Assembly (NCBI GenBank): GCA_938031175.1
Contig: CALHGZ010000002.1
Coordinates: 139,242-203,241 of the forward strand
Direction: 5' to 3'
DNA length: 64,000 nt
DNA from: Candidatus Kapaibacterium sp.
Lineage (GTDB): Bacteria; Bacteroidota; Ignavibacteria; Kapaibacteriales; UBA2268
Made by a program: the position numbers and the translations under genes. Positions 58,009 through 64,000 of this stretch are shown here, one piece after another; positions within the stretch are counted from its first letter, which is position 1, and each line of letters starts with the position of its first letter. Under the pieces are notes generated by a model. It saw only the letters and a program-made list of their open reading frames with translations. It ran no database searches and had not been told where the DNA came from.

Positions 58009-59310
58009 ATGTCAAAATCAAATATATTAAAAAAATTATTTTCCTTACAGCGTTTTGGTATAAAACCCGGATTAGATCGTACTCAATATTTATTAAAATA
58101 TTTATCCAATCCTGAAAAAAAATTCAAGTCAATACATATTGCAGGAACTAATGGTAAAGGGACTGTTGCGTCACTTTTAGCATCAATTTTTAAGGAAGCT
58201 GGTTACAAAACCGGGCTTTATACCTCTCCACATATATTGGAATTTAATGAACGAATCAGAATTAATGGTGAAAAAATACCTGATGAATATCTAATTGATA
58301 TAGCCAGCGATTTATTGCCAGTTTCAGAGAAAGTCAATGGCACTTTTTTCGAAATTACTACAGCAATTGCTTTTAAATACTTTGCTGATAAAAATTGTGA
58401 CATAGTTGTTGTTGAAACTGGTATGGGTGGCAGATTCGATTCAACAAATGTTATTGATCCAATTATCTCAATCATTACATCCATTGGATTAGAGCATAGA
58501 GAATATCTTGGGGATACATTAGAAGCAATTGCATTGGAAAAAGCTGGTATTATCAAAAGAAATGGCAAAGTTATAATATCTGAGGAAAAGATTAATCTTA
58601 AAAATATCTTCAAAAAAGTTGCCATCGAACTCGGAGCCAAATCGTTTTTTACTTTTGATGATTGTAAGTTAATTAATTTAATATTTAATGAAAATTTCAC
58701 CTATCAGACAATTTTTAATTGTGCTGGGGTTGAATCTTTTAATATTAAATTTGATTTTGGCGGTTCGAAGGCTATGGAAAACATTATAACTGCAATTTAT
58801 AGTCTTTATAAAGTAAATGATATACTACCTGTTAAAACTATCGATATTGTAAATGGGATAAAAAATATAAGGGCAAATACGGGCTATCACTTCAGAATCG
58901 AATTATTGCGAGAATCACCACCATTGGTAATCGATGTAGCTCATAATCCAGATGCAATAGATGAGTTAGTAAATACTGTAATAAAATGCAGAGGAAGAGG
59001 TGAATCCTGGCTTGTGCTTTTTGCTGTGATGAAAGATAAAGATATTGAGGAAATGATGAAAAAGCTGAGATTAATTTCAAAAGAGATAATTTTAACACAG
59101 CCTCAAAATGAAAGGGCTTGTAATATTGATGAATTAAAAAAGTTCGCAGAAAATTGCAAATTTGATATTATACATTGTCAAAAAAATGTTGAAGAAGCTG
59201 TAAAATTTGCCTTAGCTTTAAATAAAGCTCTGATTATAACTGGTTCTTTTTATCTCATTGGTGAATCAATAAATTCATTGAAGAATTATGGCTTCAATAC
59301 TGAAATATGA
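58009..59310 (+). CDS. folC: folylpolyglutamate synthase / dihydrofolate synthase
   Basis: N-terminus LQRFGIKPGLDRTQYLL. Mur-ligase P-loop HIAGTNGKGT. 433 aa. Confidence 0.8.
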   Translation: MSKSNILKKLFSLQRFGIKPGLDRTQYLLKYLSNPEKKFKSIHIAGTNGKGTVASLLASIFKEAGYKTGLYTSPHILEFNERIRINGEKIPDEYLIDIASDLLPVSEKVNGTFFEITTAIAFKYFADKNCDIVVVETGMGGRFDSTNVIDPIISIITSIGLEHREYLGDTLEAIALEKAGIIKRNGKVIISEEKINLKNIFKKVAIELGAKSFFTFDDCKLINLIFNENFTYQTIFNCAGVESFNIKFDFGGSKAMENIITAIYSLYKVNDILPVKTIDIVNGIKNIRANTGYHFRIELLRESPPLVIDVAHNPDAIDELVNTVIKCRGRGESWLVLFAVMKDKDIEEMMKKLRLISKEIILTQPQNERACNIDELKKFAENCKFDIIHCQKNVEEAVKFALALNKALIITGSFYLIGESINSLKNYGFNTEI

Positions 59311-59333
59311 AATAATTTATCTATAAATAAAAA

Positions 59334-60899
59334 ATGGAGAGTGATATGTATAAACCCGATGATCACAAAATTAAAACAGCATTAATATCTGTATCCGATA
59401 AAATGGGTATTGTTGAATTCTCAAAAGAATTAGAAAAGCTCAACATAACGATATATTCGACTGGTGGCACAGCAAAAGAGCTTATTGCTAATGGAATTAA
59501 AGTTAAACCTGTAAGTGAACTAACCAAATTTCCAGAAATTCTGAATGGGCGTGTTAAAACATTACATCCCGCAATTCATTCTGGTTTGCTTGCAAAAATG
59601 GACAATGATGAACATTTGAAGCAATTAGCTGAAAATGAGTTTCAATCTATTGACTTATTGGTTGTTAATCTATATCCATTCGAAGAGACTTTGAATAAAA
59701 CGGGTATTAGTGATGAGGAAGTAATAGAAAATATTGACATAGGTGGACCAACGATGCTACGAGCAGCTGCAAAAAACTATGAATGGACCGTTGTTATTGT
59801 CAATCCATCGAGATATGATGAGGTAATTAAAGTATTGAAAAACAATGATAATACGGTTCCTTTATCGCTACGTAAAGCACTTGCATGCGAAGTATTTGAG
59901 CTTACTTCTTATTATGATTCGATCATTGCTGAATATTTTCTTCAATCATCGAATAAAATTTTCCCTCAAAAGAGAGGAATTGGTCTCAATTTAATTCAAA
60001 AACTTAGGTACGGAGAAAATCCACATCAAGAAGCTGGATTGTATGGAAAATTTGACGAAATCTTCGAGAAATTACATGGTAAGGAGCTTTCATATAACAA
60101 TATTTTAGATATAGATTCAGCTGCACGTTTGATAATTGAATTCAATGACCCAACTTTTGTCATTATTAAGCATACCAATCCTTGCGGTGTTGGCAGTGCC
60201 GAAAATTTAATCGATGCTTATGATAAAGCATTTGCAACTGATACAGTTTCCCCTTTTGGTGGCATTTTTGTTGTAAATAGAACTTTTGACTTGGAAATAG
60301 CTGAAAAGGTACATCAGATTTTCAGCGAGGTTATAATAGCTCCGGATTTTACAGAAGATGCCTTAGAACTGTTGAGAACGAAAAAAGATCGTCGTTTGAT
60401 CAAAATGAATAATGATAAATTGAAGCAACACTTAAAGTATGATTTACGATCGGTTGTCGGTGGATATTTAGTGCAGAATACCGATTTATTGCTAATTCAG
60501 GAAAGCAATTTAAGAGTAGTTACTAAACGAGTTCCAACAGAAGATGAAATGAAGGCGTTGATGTTTGCCTGGAAGGTAGCCAAACATGTGAAATCAAATT
60601 CAATTGTCTTTGCAAAATCAGATAGAACCTTAGGAATAGGAGCCGGGCAAATGTCTAGAGTAGATTCTGCAAGAATAGCAGTTCAAAAAGCTAAAATGAT
60701 GGGGCTTGATTTACAATATTCAGCAGTTGCATCAGATGCCTTTTTCCCATTTGCCGATGGTTTACTTCAAGTTATTGAGGCGGGAGCAACAGCAGTAATC
60801 CAGCCTGGTGGCTCCGTGCGTGATGAGGAAGTAATTCGTGCAGCTGATGAAAATAATATTGCTATGGTATTTACAGGAATGAGACATTTTCGACATTAA
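59334..60899 (+). CDS. purH: bifunctional AICAR transformylase / IMP cyclohydrolase
   Basis: MGS-like N-domain ([20 protein letters not shown]...[17 protein letters not shown]). The AICARFT domain extends to a C-terminal His (...GMRHFRH). 521 aa. Confidence 0.9.
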   Translation: MESDMYKPDDHKIKTALISVSDKMGIVEFSKELEKLNITIYSTGGTAKELIANGIKVKPVSELTKFPEILNGRVKTLHPAIHSGLLAKMDNDEHLKQLAENEFQSIDLLVVNLYPFEETLNKTGISDEEVIENIDIGGPTMLRAAAKNYEWTVVIVNPSRYDEVIKVLKNNDNTVPLSLRKALACEVFELTSYYDSIIAEYFLQSSNKIFPQKRGIGLNLIQKLRYGENPHQEAGLYGKFDEIFEKLHGKELSYNNILDIDSAARLIIEFNDPTFVIIKHTNPCGVGSAENLIDAYDKAFATDTVSPFGGIFVVNRTFDLEIAEKVHQIFSEVIIAPDFTEDALELLRTKKDRRLIKMNNDKLKQHLKYDLRSVVGGYLVQNTDLLLIQESNLRVVTKRVPTEDEMKALMFAWKVAKHVKSNSIVFAKSDRTLGIGAGQMSRVDSARIAVQKAKMMGLDLQYSAVASDAFFPFADGLLQVIEAGATAVIQPGGSVRDEEVIRAADENNIAMVFTGMRHFRH

Positions 60900-62143
60900 G
60901 AGTCAGGAGTAATTGTAAGCAAATAGAGTCTGTTGTTAATTCTGCCAAGGGCTTCATATTGACCTGTACGCCAATTATAACGTGGTTGTGAAGTTTCATC
61001 AACCATCATACCTGAGATTAATTCATTTGAATCTAAATAAGCCATAACTATGTTAGAATTTGTTGTATAAGCGTAGGTTTGACTATTGGGTTTAAGAGCG
61101 ATTACTGTATTAATAATATTATTATTATGGAGACGGAATTTTTCTCCATTTTTCACAAGAAAACAACTTAATTCACAGTAAATATAATACATTGCAGAAC
61201 CATCATAAGTGAATAATGGCTGGTTCACTTCTCTACCAGCATAAAATTCAATGCTATTGTATAAAATGAGATAATTAACCCAATCTTTAACTTTTGCAGC
61301 AATAAGCGGTGCTTCGGGATGCAGGGCAATAGATTCAATAATGTTATATCTTTTACTAACAATTGGTTCGTAATAATCATCTGAAATTATGATTATATAA
61401 CTATCGCCAGAGAAATCAGTTGCAATAAAAGCAGCTACGGTCCCATTTATATTTATTAAAGGATTGCGTATACTTACATATGCGTTGGATATTATTTTAT
61501 TTCCTTTATAAAGTTCTATATATTGTTCAGTACCAGCTGCATAAATTAATTCTCCTGTATGCCAGAATCCGAAAATGATAAGTTTTTCAAAAGAATTAAA
61601 TTCTTTACCATTGACGTAAAGGAAATATTTGTCAAGTCTTTTTATTTGGAAAGCTAAATTTGCTCCATCAGGGCTTAAATATAGTTTACCAGTCCGATAG
61701 TATGTTCTAATAATTTTATCATTGTGATGAATAAATTCTTCATCATTGAAGTAATATGAATAAACTAAAACTTTAGAATCGGAGCTAAATAAAATTGTTC
61801 CGTGCTTATTACCGGGAAGTAACATTATTGTATCTAAGGTAATAAGATATAATTGAGTGTTATCATAAGCAAAATAAGCCCAATTATCGCCATTTGGAGA
61901 AAAGGTTAATTCAGCAAATTTTGTAAATACGCCGTCATCTTCTCCATTTATATACAATCGGTATTGATTGTCATAAGGTGAAGTAATAGCCCACCAATTG
62001 AATGTTGTATCCATTCCATAGGAAATTAGCTGTTCTGATCCATTTAATAGAAGATAATCTTTACTTAAATTTGAATGAACTAATAAGGGGAAATAAGTTA
62101 TTAATAGTAAAAACATATATATCGATGGTTTAAGATTTATCAT
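60896..62143 (-). CDS. hypothetical secreted beta-rich repeat protein
   Basis: Signal peptide MINLKPSIYMFLLLITYFPLLVHS. There are repetitive Y/F-rich beta-strand segments (YLSPDGANLAFQI..., FSPNGDNWAYFAYD...). No catalytic motif recognised. It lies 15 nt downstream of the PTP-like gene. Confidence 0.4.
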   Translation of the reverse strand: MINLKPSIYMFLLLITYFPLLVHSNLSKDYLLLNGSEQLISYGMDTTFNWWAITSPYDNQYRLYINGEDDGVFTKFAELTFSPNGDNWAYFAYDNTQLYLITLDTIMLLPGNKHGTILFSSDSKVLVYSYYFNDEEFIHHNDKIIRTYYRTGKLYLSPDGANLAFQIKRLDKYFLYVNGKEFNSFEKLIIFGFWHTGELIYAAGTEQYIELYKGNKIISNAYVSIRNPLININGTVAAFIATDFSGDSYIIIISDDYYEPIVSKRYNIIESIALHPEAPLIAAKVKDWVNYLILYNSIEFYAGREVNQPLFTYDGSAMYYIYCELSCFLVKNGEKFRLHNNNIINTVIALKPNSQTYAYTTNSNIVMAYLDSNELISGMMVDETSQPRYNWRTGQYEALGRINNRLYLLTITPDS

Positions 62144-62157
62144 ATTACCAATTGAAT

Positions 62158-62907
62158 TTAATTTTTATTTTTTTTTAAACAAGGGCAAATATCCTTCTTT
62201 ATTTCTTCGCTAATTTCGAATTCGTTGAATTTATGGAAATTTTGAATTTCTTTTTTAATATTATCATAACCTTTATAATTTCCATCGGTGTTGTCAATCC
62301 AATATTGCAAAGCATCGTCATTAGATATATCGCAAAATTGCATCAGTAAAACGGATGCAATATAGCCGGATTGATGCCAACCATTCCAGCAATGTAAATA
62401 AATAGGTCCGAGTTCAGGACGCATTATCACGTCAAATACTTCGTGGAAAATTTTTTTTAACTCATCCTGATTATTTCCAGAAATTTGTAAATATTCTAGG
62501 GTATTGTGAGTAAGTTCATCAAATATCAGCTTTTCTGCTCTGTAATAATTCTTCTTGTAGAGGTATATAGCTTTAGAGAAGCGATTTGCGCATAGATTAA
62601 TTAATCCATCTTCGGGTAATGGATTTTGATTATCTCTTTTATTTTTTTTATGAAAAGCATTATTAGCACCGCCTCTATATGCAATTCCATGCAAAATAAC
62701 TCTCATATTTCTTGTACCATACAATGCATCAAATCCCCTACCACGGTTATCTGTAATTTTTTCATCGGCACAGTCGACAGCGAACATACTTTTATAGTAT
62801 TGAATTTTCTCATCTAATGTTGAAAATGGTGTTGATTTTTGGGATAGTAAATTTGGAAAAGGGTAAATAAAAATTAGTAATAAGAAAATCAGTATTTTTT
62901 TTATCAT
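62158..62907 (-). CDS. secreted protein-tyrosine/dual-specificity phosphatase-like protein with CX5Q P-loop
   Basis: Signal peptide. LHCWNGWHQSGYIAS fits the PTP signature HCxxGxxRSG except that Arg is replaced by Gln. 249 aa. Confidence 0.45.
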   Translation of the reverse strand: MIKKILIFLLLIFIYPFPNLLSQKSTPFSTLDEKIQYYKSMFAVDCADEKITDNRGRGFDALYGTRNMRVILHGIAYRGGANNAFHKKNKRDNQNPLPEDGLINLCANRFSKAIYLYKKNYYRAEKLIFDELTHNTLEYLQISGNNQDELKKIFHEVFDVIMRPELGPIYLHCWNGWHQSGYIASVLLMQFCDISNDDALQYWIDNTDGNYKGYDNIKKEIQNFHKFNEFEISEEIKKDICPCLKKNKN

Positions 62908-63029
62908 ATTAAAATTTAAATTATTATATTACAAAAATTAATAATTTAATTGCTCTTACAATGAACTTAAACAGTTATGTAAATATATAAAATTTTTAAA
63001 TTTTCACATATTAAACAGGACGGAAATTA

Positions 63030-64000
63030 ATGCTAAAAACTTTATTTAAAATCATTGCCATTGTATCCTTATCAAATCTATTATACTCACAAGATATCAA
63101 ATGGTGGTACGATACAAAAGATGGATGCTTTGGGCAAACTGCATCAGCAGACTTAGATGGAGACGAATATTTAGAGTTAGTTTTTGGATGTTATAGAAAT
63201 GATGGTAAAGTTTATGCTTTGAGATCAACTGATGGTAGTTTACTTTGGAGTTTTTTTACAGGCATGAATAATTATGCAGGTTGTAATGATGCGGCACCAC
63301 TGATTTATGATGTTAATAATGATGGTAAACCTGAAGTTATTGTTGCAAGTTCATGTACACCCAGAACATATTGTTTATCCGGTATAGATGGATCAATCAA
63401 ATGGGAAGCATCAACTCGTGGGAGCGATTCTCCACCAGTGATTGGCGATATTAATGGAGATGGCAATTTAGAAATACTTCACGGGCAATTCCTTGGCTAT
63501 GTAATTTGTATTGATGCAAAAACAGGTAACGTGAACTGGGAAATATTAGTGCAAGAGAATACGTGGATACAAACTGCTCCAACTTTGGTTGACATTGATG
63601 GAGATGGGGTTTTAGATTTTTTAGTAGCTACGTGGTGCTTGAACAAGAACGATACAAATAGATTATATGCTTATAGAGGATATGATAGAAAGATCATTTG
63701 GACTTACGATCTAAAAGGTGTTGTCTATCATGGGACTACTGTTGTCGATTTGGATAGAGATGATGAGTTAGAGGTGGTTATTGGTGATTATAGTGGTACT
63801 ATTTATTGTCTTAATGCAAAAAATGGAACTTTGAAATGGACTCATTCAGATCCCTTGTATTATTATGTTGGAAGTCCTATTTCAGTCGGTGATTTAGATG
63901 GAGACGGCTTTTGTGATTTGGTCTTTTCAACTGCTTCTGAAATAGTTGCTTTGAATTATGATGGTACTTTGAAATGGAAGTATGTTATACCATATTATGC
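63030..64000 (+). CDS. FG-GAP/VCBS-type beta-propeller repeat protein (partial; runs off the window end)
   Basis: AGGA RBS then ATG 63030. Signal peptide. There are six or more repeats each carrying a Ca-binding-like Dx[DN]xDG motif (DLDGDEYLELVFG, DVNNDGKPEVIVAS, DINGDGNLEIL, DIDGDGVLDFLVAT, DLDRDDELEVVIGD, DLDGDGFCDLVFS). Confidence 0.55.
   Translation, partial: MLKTLFKIIAIVSLSNLLYSQDIKWWYDTKDGCFGQTASADLDGDEYLELVFGCYRNDGKVYALRSTDGSLLWSFFTGMNNYAGCNDAAPLIYDVNNDGKPEVIVASSCTPRTYCLSGIDGSIKWEASTRGSDSPPVIGDINGDGNLEILHGQFLGYVICIDAKTGNVNWEILVQENTWIQTAPTLVDIDGDGVLDFLVATWCLNKNDTNRLYAYRGYDRKIIWTYDLKGVVYHGTTVVDLDRDDELEVVIGDYSGTIYCLNAKNGTLKWTHSDPLYYYVGSPISVGDLDGDGFCDLVFSTASEIVALNYDGTLKWKYVIPYY

Noticed and set aside
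58218-58700. 160-aa minus-strand ORF inside folC
   Set aside because: It is antisense to folC, which carries a Mur-ligase P-loop. This is a shadow ORF.
1-64000. Mobile elements, prophage or defence islands (transposase, integrase, RM, Cas, abortive-infection ATPase/nuclease pairs)
   Set aside because: No transposase/integrase-like ORF, inverted terminal repeats, tRNA attachment site, methyltransferase or nuclease motifs were recognised. The gene content looks like core chromosome plus secretome.

Overview
This is an AT-rich (about 30% GC by eye), gene-dense chromosomal window with about 45 CDS on both strands. It most likely comes from an FCB-group bacterium (Ignavibacteriota/Bacteroidota-like), for these reasons.

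- Six proteins end in type IX secretion (T9SS/Por) C-terminal sorting domains with a conserved [FYIS]P[NQT]PA[NSD][ENQ]E motif.
- There is a TonB-dependent receptor with a CarbopepD_reg N-domain, an ECF sigma/anti-sigma pair, and a Bat/MoxR-type operon.

No rRNA, tRNA, CRISPR array, transposase or integrase was seen. Housekeeping genes are interleaved with a strongly secreted/proteolytic repertoire. The housekeeping set is recQ, speA, purH, folC, secG, an lptF/G-family gene, yggS, PNP and zupT. The secreted/proteolytic set is M29, S8 and M1 peptidases, a POT peptide transporter and NfeD/stomatin.

The most unusual structures are these.

1. A tightly coupled five-gene operon, moxR - DUF58 - [1131-aa BNR/Asp-box + FN3 T9SS cargo] - 2-TM membrane protein - batA. 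It lacks batB-E.
2. A 1204-aa T9SS cargo translationally coupled (ATGA) to a beta-barrel / proline-rich / OmpA-like outer-membrane protein.
3. An ECF sigma with an RseA-like anti-sigma whose periplasmic domain looks like a small OM beta-barrel.
4. A cytoplasmic eukaryote-like LRR protein with a 61-aa partner.
5. An aspartokinase-family protein with a degenerate substrate loop.
6. A secreted PTP-like protein with a CX5Q rather than CX5R P-loop.
7. A DHOD-like protein lacking the catalytic Cys/Ser.
8. A free-standing I9-like propeptide lipoprotein upstream of a T9SS subtilase.

I cannot assign any of these to a described defence or mobile system. The Bat-like operon variant is the best candidate for something undescribed. 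All calls come from reading the translated ORFs and nucleotide sequence by eye. No searches were run.
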